Source: Squalus acanthias (Eukaryota). From it: a stretch of 64,000 bases of DNA. The position numbers were made by a program, and so were the translations under genes. Of the stretch, positions 10,761 through 21,900 are shown piece by piece. A model generated the notes under the pieces. It ran no database searches and was not told where the DNA came from. It saw only the letters and a list, made by a program, of their open reading frames with translations. The stretch's first letter is position 1. Each line of letters opens with the position of its first letter. The stretch lies in NCBI GenBank assembly GCA_030390025.1, contig CM059431.1, positions 157,172,001 to 157,236,000 of the forward strand, given 5' to 3'.

Positions 10761-12705
10761 CTTCCTCGCCATCCTACCTGTCGCAGATGCATCTGTCCGT
10801 AGCAGTGGCGAAGATCCCGTCTTCACACTGAGAACACCCACCGTGCTAAATTCAGAATAGATCTAGCAGTTCAAAACTAGGCACCCGTGAGGCAGCAGCC
10901 GAATTGTAACCTGGGGACGCTGCAACACAGGACTACATGAATGCATGCTTAAAAGCGGAAGCAGCATGCACTAGACAGGGCTAAGAGACCCCGCATTCAA
11001 CGGACTAGATCGAAACTCTGCAGCCCTGCCACATCAAGTCATCAATCAATTAACAGGAAGAGGACTGAATAGCCCCAACCTAGATGGTGGAGCCCATCAC
11101 GTAAGTGCGAAAGCGAAGGCTGAAGCATTTGCAACCATCTTCAGCCAGAAGTGCTGATTGGATGATCCATATCGATCGACTCCTGAGCTCCCCACCATCG
11201 ATTCACTGCACGCTGAGCGCTCTGGATACAGCAATGGTCATGGGCCCCGACAACATCCCGGCTATCAAGCTGAAGACATGTGCTCTAGCCAAGCTGTTCC
11301 AATACAGCTACAATAACTGGCATCTATCCGACGATGTGGCAATTAGCCCAGGTATGTACTGTCCAAAAAAACCAGGACAATTACCGCCCCATCAGTCTAC
11401 TCCCAATCATCAGCAAAGTGATGGAAGGTGTCATCGGCAGTGCTATCAAGCAGCACCTACCCGCCAATAACCTGCTCACTGATGCCCAGTTTCGGTTCTG
11501 CCAAGACCCACTCGGCTCCCGACCTCGTTACAGCCTTGGTCCAAACATGGACAAAGGTGCTGAATTCTAGAGGTGAGTTGAGAGTGACTGCCCTGGGCAG
11601 CATTTGACCGAGTAGTAAAACTGAAGTCAATGGGGAGGGGGCCGGAACTCTCCACTGGCTGGAGTCAAACCTAACAAAAAGGAAGATGGTTGTGGTGATT
11701 GAAGCTCAATCATCACAGCCCCAGGACATCGCAGCAGATGTTCCATATTAACGCAGTCTCCTGAGCCGAATCTGCTTCATCAATGAACTTCCCTCCAACA
11801 TAAATTCAGAAATGGGGATATTTGCTGGTGACTACACAGTGTTCAGTGCCATTCACAAACACTCAGATATTGAAGCCGTCCATGCCCGCATGCAACAAGA
11901 CCTGGGCGACGTTCAGGCTTGGGCTGATAAGTGGCAGGTAACATTCACGCCACAGAAGTGCCAGGCAATGACTATCTCCAACAAGCGAGAGTCTAACCAC
12001 CGCCCCTTGACATTCAACGGCATTACAATCGCCGCATCCTCAACCTTCAACATCCTGGGGGTCACCATTGACCAGAAACTTAACTGGACCAGTCACATAA
12101 ATACTGTGGCAGCAAGAGCAGGTCAGGCCTAGCTATTATGCGGCGAGTGTCTAACCTTCTGATTTCCCCAAGCCTTTCTACCATCTACAAGGCACAAGTA
12201 AGGAGTGTGATGGAATACTCTCCACTTGCCTGGATGAGTGCAGCTCCAACAACACTTAAGAAGCTCGAAACCATCCAGGACAAAGCAGCACACTTGATCG
12301 GCACCCCATTAACAACCTTAAACATTCACTTCCTCCACTACCGGCGCACCATGCTGCAGTGTGTACCATCTACAAGATACACTGCACTAACTTGCCAAGG
12401 CTTCTTCGGCAGCACCTCCCAAACCCGCGACCACTTCCACCTAGAATGCCAAGGGCAGCAGGCGTATGGGAACACCGCCACCACGAAGTTACCCTCCAAG
12501 TCATACCATCCTGACTTAGAAGTATATCGCAGTTCCTTCATCGTCGCTGGCTCAAAATCATTGAACTCCCTCCCTAACAGCACTGTGGGAGTACCTTCAC
12601 CACACGGACTGCAGCGGCCAAAGAAGGCGGCTCACCACCACCTTCCCAAGGGCCATTAGGTATCGGCAATAAATGCCAATGCCAGCGACGCCACCTCCCA
12701 TTAAA
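10760..12705 (+). mobile_element. Decayed L2/CR1-group LINE (RT and 3' end), a different family from the dominant CR1s
   Basis: ORF pieces NYRPISLLPIISKVMEG, IFAGDYT, WADKWQVTFTPQKCQAM and IYKAQVRSVMEYSPLAW. The 3' end is GCTCACCACCACCTT...GGCAATAAATG...GCGACGCC. Confidence 0.85.
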
Positions 12706-15578
12706 TCCAGTTGACGATCTGAGACTTCAGGTTAAATTTAGTGCCTTAGAATCACCAGATGCTGTTGAACAATTAACGTTACTCGTGACGTTCATATTTT
12801 TGCCTAACGTTTTAATAAATAACGTGCAGAGATTAAATGAACGAATCAGTAAATGAAGCTCCATCCTTCTTTAAACTAAAAAGGGCTTTAAACTAAATAG
12901 TGGGGTGGGGGGGTGTTCAGGTGAAGGGGAATTTAAAAAGTCAAAGAGAAAGGAGAAGGCAATAGTGCAGGATAACGAAAGGGATAATGATAATCAGTGT
13001 GTGACAGGTGGAAATAGAGCGTACGAACATGAGAGTGCACCAGCAAATAGTTTGAGAGTAGGTATAAAGAAAAAAATAAAACGTCTTTATCTGAATGCAC
13101 GCAGCATCCATAACAGGATAGAAGAGTTGACGGCACAAATAGAAATACATGAGTATGATCTGATAGCCATTACAGAGACGTGGTTGAAATGTGACCAAAG
13201 CGGGGAACTGAATATTCAGGGGTATTTTACATTTCAGAAGGATAGTCAGAAGGGAAAAGGACGTGGGGTAGCTCTGTTAATAAAGGATGAGATCAGTGCA
13301 GTGGTGAGAAATTATATTGGCTCAGAATATCAAGATGAAGAATCAGTTTGTGTGGAGATAAGAAATAGTAAAGGAAAGAAGTCACTGGTGGAAGTAATCT
13401 AAACGCCCCCTAACATTAGCTACACTTTAACACGTGGTTAAATCATTAAATAATCGGGGCTTGTAAGAAAGGTACTGCGATAATCATGGGTGATTTTAAT
13501 TTTCATATCGATTGAGCAAATCAAATTGGCAAGGGTACCTTGAGGACGAAATCATAGAATGTATTCTGGATGGTTTCTTAGAACAATATGTTGTGGAACC
13601 CAACAGGGAGAACGCTATTTTAGATCTGGCAATGTGTACTGAGTAGGGATTAATTAATGATATCATAGTCAAGGATCCACTAGGGAAGAGTGATCATAGT
13701 AGGATAGAATTTGAAATTCAGTTTGTGGGTGAGAAAATTGGGTCTGAACCTAGTGTCCTAAGTTTAAATAAAGGCAATTACAAATGTATGAAGACAGAGT
13801 TGGCTAAAGTAGACTGGGAAAATAGATTAATGTGTAAGACGGTAGATAAGCAGTGGCAGACATTTAAGGAGTATTTCATAACTCTCAGCAAAGGTTCTCT
13901 CCAGTGAGAAAGAAAGACTCTATGAGAAAGATAAACCATCTGTCGATAACTAAGGAAGTTAAGGAAGGTATCAAATTGAAAGTAAAGGCATATAATGTTG
14001 CAAAAATTAGTGGTAGGCCAGAGGATTGGGAAAATTTTTAGAAACCAGTAAAGGATGACTAAAAAATAATAAAGAGGGAGAAGATAGATTATGAAAGTAA
14101 TCTAACACAAAATATAGAAAAGAAAGTAAGTGCTTCTACAGGTATATAACAGGTAAGAGAGTATCTAAAGTAAACGTTGGTTCTTTAGAGGATGGGACTG
14201 AGGAATTAATAATGGGAAAAAGGAAAATGGCAGAGACTTTGAACAAATATTTTGTATCGGTTTTCACGGTAGTAGATACTAAAAGCATCCCAATAATAAT
14301 TGATAATCAAGGGGCTATAGGGAGGGAGTAACTTAAAACAATGTCTATCAGTAGAGAAAAAGTACTAGGTAAACTAATGGGCCTAAAGGCTCACAAGTCC
14401 CCTGGACCTGATGGCCTACATCCCAGGGTCTTAAAAGAAGTGGCTGCAGAGATAATGGATGCGTTGGGTGTAATCAACCAAAATTCCCTGGATTCCAGAG
14501 AGGTCCCAGCGGATTGGAAAACCGCAAATATAACGCCCCTATTCAAGAAAGGAGGGAGGCAAATAGCAGGAAACATCAGGCCAGTTAGCCTAACATATGT
14601 CATTGGGAAAATGTTGGAATCCATTATTAAGGAAGTAATAGCAGGACATTTAGAAAATCTAAATACAATCAAGCAGAATCAACATTTATGAAAGGGAAAT
14701 CATGTTTGACAAATTTACTAGAATTCGTTGAGCATGTAACGAGCAGGGTGGATAAAGGGGAACCAGTAGATGTAGTGTATTTAGATTTCCAGAAGTCCTT
14801 CGAAAAGGTGCCAGATAAAAGGATACTGCACACCATAAGAGCTCACGGGGTTGGGTTTAATATAATCGCATGGATAGAGGATTGGCTAACTAACAGCAAA
14901 CAAAGAGTCTGCATTAATTGGTAATTTTCCGGTTGGCAAACTGTAACTAGAGGTGTGCCACAGGGATCAGTGCTGGGGCCTCAAATATTGACAAACTATA
15001 TTAATGACTTGGATGAAGGAACCGTGTGCACTATGGCCACATTTGCTGATGATACAAAGATAGGTGCGAAAGCAAGTTGTGAGGAGGACACAAAGAGTCT
15101 GCAAAGGGATAACGATAGGTTAAGTGAGTGGGCAAAACGTTTGCCAGATGGAGTATAATGCAGGAAAATGTGATGTTATCCGCTTTAGTAGGAAAAATAA
15201 AAAAGCAATTTATTATTCAAATGGAGAGAGACTACATAATGCTGCGGAACAGAGGGATCTGGGGGACCTCGTACATGAAAAACAAAAAGTTAGCATGCAG
15301 GAATAGCAATGAATTAGGAAGTCAAATGGAATGTTGGCCTTTATTGCAAGGGGGGTGGAGTATAAAAGAAGGGACGTCTTTCTACAACTGAACAGGGCGC
15401 TGGTGAGACCACACCTGGAGTACTGCGTACAATTCTGGTCTCCTTATTTAAGGAGGGATATACTTGCATTGTTTGGCAATTCAGAGAAGTTTCACTAGGC
15501 TGATTCCTGAGATGAAGGGAGGGGCAGGACTGACAGCTCAATATTCCGGGACATAGAATCTTCAGGCGAGAGAGAGCG

Positions 15579-18500
15579 ATGTGTAGAAGAGGAGCGGGTG
15601 TCGCAATATTAATCAAGGAGTCAATTACTGCTGTAAGGAGGGATGATATCTTAGCAGGTTCCTCTAATGAGGCCATATGGGTAGAACTTAAAAACAAAAA
15701 GGGGGCAAGCACTTTGTTGGAAGTGTACTATAGGCCCCCAAACATTCAGGGGGAGATAGAGGAACAGATATGTAGGCAAATCTCAGAGAAGTGTAGAAAT
15801 AATAGGGTAATAATAATAGGGGATTTCAACTTCCCCAATATTAACTGGGATAGTCAGAGTGTGAAAGGCTTAGAGGGTGCCGAATTCTTAAAGTGCATCC
15901 AGGAGAGCTTTTTGAACCAGCATGTAGAAAGTGCTAAAGGAGAAGGGGCGGTACTGGACATAATTCTAGGGAATGTAGCTGGGCAAGTGGTAGAAGTGTT
16001 AGTAGGAGAGCATTTTGGTGACAGTAACCAGGAAGGAAGGGGAGGTGGGGTGGCTATGTTAATAAAGGAAGGAATCACTGTAATACAGAGTAATGATATT
16101 GGGTCAAAAAATCATGATAATGAAACAGTTTGGGTGGAGATAAGGAATAATAAGGGGAAAAAAACATTAGTGGGCGTAGTCTATAGGCCTCCGAACAGTT
16201 GCAACTCTGTTGGACGGAGTATCAATCAGGAAATAGTTGAGGCATGTAATAAGGGAACATCTATAATTATGGGGGATTTTAACTATCATATTAATTGGAC
16301 AAATCAAATGGGGCAGGGCTGCCTTGAGGATGAGTTCATTGAGTGTATTAGGGATGGGTTTCTTGAGCAGTATGTAACTGAACCGACCAGGGGGCAAGCA
16401 ACCTTAGATCTGGTCCTGTGTAACGAGACAGGATTAATTAAAAATGTCCTAGTAAAGGATCCCCTTGGAATGAGTGACCATAACATGGTTGAATTCCATA
16501 TTCAATTAGAGGGTGAGAAGGTTGGATCTCAAACAAGCGTGCTAAGCTTGAATAAAGGAGACTATGAAGGTATGCGAGCGGAATTGAGTAGAGTGGATTG
16601 GGAAAATAGATTAAAGGGTAAGACGACACATGATCAGTGGTGTACATTCAAGGAGTTATTTTACAACTTCCAAAAAAAATATATTCCACTGAAAAGAAAA
16701 GGGTGTAAAAGAAAGGACAGTCATCCGTGGCTAAGTAAAGAAATTAAGGATAGTATTCAACTAAAAACAAGGGCATATAAAGTAGCAAAATCTAGTGGGA
16801 GGACAGAGGATTGGGAAAACTTTAAAAGGCAGCAAAAAATAACAAAAAGATTGATTAAGAAAGGGAAGATAGATTATGAAAGTAAATTAGCAAAAAATAT
16901 AAAAACAGATAGTAAGAGTTTTTATAGTTATATAAAAAGAAAAAGGGTGGCTAAAGTAAATGTTGGTCCCTTAGAGGATGAGACCGGGAAATTAATGGTG
17001 GGAAATATGGAGATGGCAAAAACACTGAATGAATATTTTGTATCAGTCTTTACAGTAGAGGACACTAAGAATATCCCAACACTGGACAAACAGGGGGCTA
17101 TAGGGGGAGAGGAGCTAAACACGATCAAAATCACTAAGGAAGTGGTACTCGGTAAAATAATGGGACTCAAGGCGGATAAATCACCTGGACCTGATGGCTT
17201 ACATCCTAGAGTCTTGAAGGAAGTGGCGGTAGGGATTGTAGATGCATTGGTAATAATTTTTCAAAACTCCCTGGATTCCGCTAAGGTCCCGGCAGACTGG
17301 AAAACTGCTAATGTAACACCCTTATTTAAAAAGGGCAGTAGACAGAAGGCTGGTAACTATAGACCGGTTAGCCTAACATCTGTGGTAGGTAAAATTTTGG
17401 AGTCCATTATTAAGGAAACAGTAACAGGACATTTGGATAATCATAATTTAATAGGACAAAGTCAGCATGGTTTTACGAAGGGGAAGTCATGTTTGACAAA
17501 TTTAATGGAGTTCTTTGAGGAAGTAACATATAGAGTGGATAAAGGGGAACCAGTGGACGTAGTGTATTTAGACTTCCAAAAGGCATTTGACAAGGTGCCA
17601 CACAAAAGATTATTGCTTAAGGTAAAAAATCACGGGATTGGGGGTAATATTCTGGCATGGATAGAGGATTGGCTATCTAACAGAAAGCAAAGAGTTGGGA
17701 TAAATGGTTCATTCTCAGACTGGCAATCAGTAACTAGTGGTGTTCCACAGGGGTCAGTGCTGGGTCCCCAACTCTTCACAATCTATATTAACGATTTGGA
17801 GGAAGGGACCAAGTGTAACATATCAAAATTTGCAGATGATACAAAGATGGGAGGGAAAGTAGTGAGTGAGGAGGACATAAAAAACCTGCAAGGGGACATA
17901 GACAGGCTAAGTAAGTGGGCAGAGATTTGGCAGATGGAATACAACACTGGAAAGTGTGAGGTGATGCACTTTGGCAGGAAAATTCCTAGAGCAATTTATT
18001 ATCTTAATGGCAAGAAACTGGAGAGTACTGAAGTGCAAAGGGATCTGGGGGTCCTGGTGCACGAAACTCAAAAGGTTAGTATGCAGGTGCAGCAAGTGAT
18101 TAAGAAGGCAAATGGAATGTTGGCTTTCATTGCTAGGGGGATAGAATATAATAATAGGGAGGGATTGCTTCAGTTGTACAAGGTATTGGTGAGACCGCAC
18201 CTGGAATACTGCATACAGTTTTGGTGTCCTTACTTAAGGAAATACATCCTTGCTCTCGAGGCAGTGCAAAAAAGGTTCACTCGGTTAATCCCGGGGATGA
18301 GGGGGTGGTCATATGAGGAGAGGTTGGGTAGATTGGGACTCTACTCATTGGAGTTCAGAATAATGAGAGGCGATCTTATTGAAACATATAAGATTGTGAA
18401 GGGGTTGGATCGGGTGGATGCGGGGAGGATGTTCCCGATGACGGGTGAGACGAGAACTAGGGGACATAGTCTTAGAATAAGGGGCTGCTCTTTCAAAACT

Positions 18501-18668
18501 GAGATGAGGAGGAACTACTTCACTCAGAGGGTGGTAGGTCCATGGAATATGCTGCCACAAAAAGCTGTAGAAGCTACAACATTAATTAAATTTAAAACAG
18601 AAATAGACAGTTTCCTAGAAGTAAATGGCATTAAGGGTTACGGGGAGCGGGCAGGAATTTGGACATGA
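15579..18668 (+). CDS. Chimeric 1029-aa CR1 ORF2-like frame: partial EN from family Y fused in frame to partial EN plus complete RT from family Z
   Basis: The block GVAxLIKE..WVE..YRPPN..GDFN occurs twice in the ORF. The junction coincides with the insertion point. Expression is not demonstrated. Confidence 0.55.
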   Translation: MCRRGAGVAILIKESITAVRRDDILAGSSNEAIWVELKNKKGASTLLEVYYRPPNIQGEIEEQICRQISEKCRNNRVIIIGDFNFPNINWDSQSVKGLEGAEFLKCIQESFLNQHVESAKGEGAVLDIILGNVAGQVVEVLVGEHFGDSNQEGRGGGVAMLIKEGITVIQSNDIGSKNHDNETVWVEIRNNKGKKTLVGVVYRPPNSCNSVGRSINQEIVEACNKGTSIIMGDFNYHINWTNQMGQGCLEDEFIECIRDGFLEQYVTEPTRGQATLDLVLCNETGLIKNVLVKDPLGMSDHNMVEFHIQLEGEKVGSQTSVLSLNKGDYEGMRAELSRVDWENRLKGKTTHDQWCTFKELFYNFQKKYIPLKRKGCKRKDSHPWLSKEIKDSIQLKTRAYKVAKSSGRTEDWENFKRQQKITKRLIKKGKIDYESKLAKNIKTDSKSFYSYIKRKRVAKVNVGPLEDETGKLMVGNMEMAKTLNEYFVSVFTVEDTKNIPTLDKQGAIGGEELNTIKITKEVVLGKIMGLKADKSPGPDGLHPRVLKEVAVGIVDALVIIFQNSLDSAKVPADWKTANVTPLFKKGSRQKAGNYRPVSLTSVVGKILESIIKETVTGHLDNHNLIGQSQHGFTKGKSCLTNLMEFFEEVTYRVDKGEPVDVVYLDFQKAFDKVPHKRLLLKVKNHGIGGNILAWIEDWLSNRKQRVGINGSFSDWQSVTSGVPQGSVLGPQLFTIYINDLEEGTKCNISKFADDTKMGGKVVSEEDIKNLQGDIDRLSKWAEIWQMEYNTGKCEVMHFGRKIPRAIYYLNGKKLESTEVQRDLGVLVHETQKVSMQVQQVIKKANGMLAFIARGIEYNNREGLLQLYKVLVRPHLEYCIQFWCPYLRKYILALEAVQKRFTRLIPGMRGWSYEERLGRLGLYSLEFRIMRGDLIETYKIVKGLDRVDAGRMFPMTGETRTRGHSLRIRGCSFKTEMRRNYFTQRVVGPWNMLPQKAVEATTLIKFKTEIDSFLEVNGIKGYGERAGIWT

Positions 18669-18900
18669 GTCTAGGTTCGGATCGGTCATGGCCCTGTGGG
18701 TAGTGGAGCGGGCCCAGGGACTGTGTAGCCTGATTCTGCTCCTATTTCCTGTGTGCAATTCTGTTAGATGCAGGAGATGGTTCTGTGATAGATAGTAGAT
18801 TGGCGGTTAGGATCAGATCAGCCATGATCTTATTGAATGGCGGAGCAGGCTCGAGGGGCCGATTGGCCTACTCCTGCTCCTATTTCTTATGTTCTTATGT
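16030..18900 (+). mobile_element. Inner, young CR1 LINE (family Z, TTCTTATG tail), 5'-truncated, with the remaining ORF2 uninterrupted
   Basis: Open frame from QEGRGGGVAMLIKEG to the stop at 18668, including EN motifs GDFN and SDH and RT motifs PQGSVLGP and FADDT. It is closely similar to the copies at 30925-33950 and 56540-59547. Confidence 0.93.
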
Positions 18901-21900
18901 TAATTCGGTGAGATTTAAGGTATTCATGGAAAAGGACAAAGATGGATCGGAAATAAAGTTTCTAAATTGGGGAAGGCCGATTTTAATATGATAAGGCAGG
19001 TTCTGGCCAAATTGTTCTGGGATCAGCTATGTGTAGGAAAATCCATATCAGAGCAGTGGGAGTCTTTCAGAAAGGAATAGAGAGAGTATAACGGCAACAT
19101 GTTCCTGTAAAGGTCAAGGGTGGGACCAACACGCCCAGGGAAACCTGGATATCAAGGGATATACGAGAATGGATTAGGAAAAAAAGGGAGGCTTTTGGCA
19201 TACACAAAGGACTGAAAACAGTGGAAGCCCTAGAGGAGTATAGAAAGTGCAGGGGGGAACTTAAAAAAAAATTAGGAGAGCGAAGAGGGGGCATGAAATA
19301 ACACTGGCGGGCAAAATAAAGGAAAATCCCTATTTTTTATAAGTATATTAAGGGCAAGAGGATAACCAGGGAACGATAAGGCCCCTTTAGGGACCAAAGT
19401 GGAAACCTGTGTGTAAAGCCAGAAGATGTAGGTGGGGTTTTAAATGAATATTTTGCATCTGTGATCAATATGGAGAAGGACGATGTAGGCATAGTAATCA
19501 GGCAGGGGGATTGTGATATACTTGAACAAATTAGTATTGAGAGGGAGGAGGTACTAGCGGTTTTAGCAGGCTTAAGGGTGGATAAATCCCCAGGGCCAGA
19601 CGAGATGTATCCCAGGCTGCTGTGTGAGGCAAGGGAGGAGATTGCAGAGGCTGTGACACAAATTTTGAGAACCTCTCTGACCACAGGGGTGGTGCCAGAG
19701 GACTGGAGGACAGCTAACGTAGTACCATTATTCATGAAGGGTAGTAGGGATAAACCAGGGAATTACAGGACAGTGAGCCTAACATCAGTGGGAGGGTAAT
19801 TATTGGAAACAATTCTGAGGGACAGAATTAGTCTCCACTTGGAGAGGCAAGCATTAATCAAGGATAACCAGCATGGCTTTGTCAGGGGGAGATCATGTCT
19901 GCACAATTTGATTGAATTTTTTGAGGGGGTGACTAAGTTTGTGGATGAGGGCAGTGCAGTTGATGTGGTCTACATGGACTTCAGTAAGGCTTTTGACAAT
20001 GTCTCGCATGGGAGACTGATCAAGATGGAAAAAGCCCGTGGGATCCAGGGCAACTTGGCACATTGGATCCAAAATTGGCTTAATGGCAGGAGGCAGCGGT
20101 TGATGTTCGAAGTTTTTTTTTGTGACTGGAGGCCTGTGTACAGTGCGGTACCACAGGGATCGGTGCTGGGTTCTTTGCTGTTTGTAGTTTACTGAATGAT
20201 TAAGATATGAATGTAGGAGGTATGATCAGTAAGTCTGCAGATGACAGGAAAATTGGTGGGGTGGTAAATAGCGAGGAGGGAAGCCTCAGGCTAAATGACG
20301 ATATAGAGGGGTTGGTCAGATGGGCAGAACAGTGGCAAATGGAATTTAATGCTTAAAAGTGTGAGGTGATGCATTTTGGGAGGACTAACAAGGCAAGGGA
20401 ATACACAATGACTGGTAGGACCCGAGGAACTACAGAGGATCAGAGGGACCTTGGCGTGCATGTACATAGATTCCTGAAGGCAGCAGGAGAGGTAGATACG
20501 ATGCTTAAAAAGGCATATGGGATACTTGCCTTCATTAGCCGAGGCATAGAATATAAGAGCAGGGAGGTTATGATGGAGCTGTACAAAACGCTAGTTAGGC
20601 CACAGCTGGAATACTGTGTGCAGTTCTGATCGCCACACTATAAGAAGGATGTGATAGCATTGGAGAGGGTGCAGAGGAGATTCACCAGGATGTTACATGG
20701 GCTGCAGCGCTTCAGCTATGAAGAGAGACTGGACAGGCTGGGGTTGTTTTCCTTTGAGCGGAGAAGGCTGAGGGGAGACCTGATTGAGGTGTACAAAATT
20801 ATGAGGGGCACAGATAGGGTAGATAGAAAGTAACTTTTCCCCTTAATAGATGGTCCAATAACCAGGGGGCATAGTTTCAAAGTACGGGGCAGGAGGTTTA
20901 GAGGGGATTTGAGGGGGAAAAATCACCTAGAGGGTGGTTGGAATCTGGAACTCACTGTGTGAAAGGGTGGTAGTGGCAGGAACCCTTACAACTTTCAAGA
21001 AGCATTTAGATGAGCACTTTAAATGCCATAGCATACAAGGCTACGGACCAAGTGCTGGAACATGGGAGTACAATAGACAGGGCTTGATGGCCGGGACGGA
21101 CACGATGGGCCGAAGGCCCTTTTTCTGTGCTGTATAACTCTATGACTCTATGAAGGGGTTGTCTTTTGAAGAAAGGTTGAGCAGGTTGGGCCTATGCTCA
21201 TTGGAGTTCTGAAGAATGAGAAGTGATCTTATTGAAACATATAAGATTCTGAGGGGGCTTGACAGGGTAGATGCCCTGAGGATTTATCCCCTCGTGGGGG
21301 TACCTGGAACTAGGGGCACAATTTCAGGATAAGGGGTCTCCCATTTAAAACGGAGCTGAGGAATTTCCTCTCTCAGAGGGTCGTGAATCTTTGGAATTCT
21401 CTACCCCAGAGAGCTGCTGAGGCGGAGTCATTGGACATATTCAAGGTGGAGATAGACACCTTTTAGTTATAGTTGAGTTACAGGGGAATCAACGGTTATG
21501 GGGATCGGGCGGGAAAGTGGCGTTGAGGCCAAGATCTGATCAGCCATGATCTTATTGAATGGCGGCGCAGGCTCGAGGGGCCGAATGGCCTACTCCTGCT
21601 CTTATTTCTTATGTTCTTTCTTTCTTTCTCACACAGAAAATTAAATTGGTATACGGCATCAAAAAGTTGAAATCTTGTGCAGCCAATGGCACTCACTAAA
21701 CTTTATGAATATCAATAAACCACGTATCGGAAAACAACATTTGGGTAATAGTTATTGATATCAATATAAATTATTTACACAATCGCCAATAATGTAGCTA
21801 AAACATGATTGCAGCTTTAACAATTCCACAATTGAAGAACCTGAGTACAAAACTCAAACGGATTGGATGGAGAAGGTTGTGAGAGACAGCGTTATTAAAG

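Larger units (their letters stand above)
15520..21149 (+). mobile_element. Middle CR1 LINE (family Y, CTCTATGA tail), 5'-truncated; own sequence 15520-~16030 and 18901-21149
   Basis: 8-bp TSD ATGAAGGG at 15512-15519 and 21150-21157. The sequence EHFGDS-(insert)-NSVRFKV is continuous in sister copies. RT ORFs span 19461..21137. Confidence 0.9.
12873..21620 (+). mobile_element. Outer CR1 LINE (family X) running from the end of ORF1 through ORF2; own sequence ~12873-15519 and 21150-21620
   Basis: APE endonuclease motifs YLNARS and ITETWL in 12905..13402, and RT motifs SPGPDG, PQGSVLGP and FADDT. It is interrupted at 15519 and resumes at 21150, with ATGAAGGG duplicated. Confidence 0.92.

Noticed and set aside
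15341..18560. Numerous short ORFs antisense to CR1 ORF2, here and in the other CR1 copies
   Set aside because: These are shadow frames of LINE coding sequence that recur in every copy.
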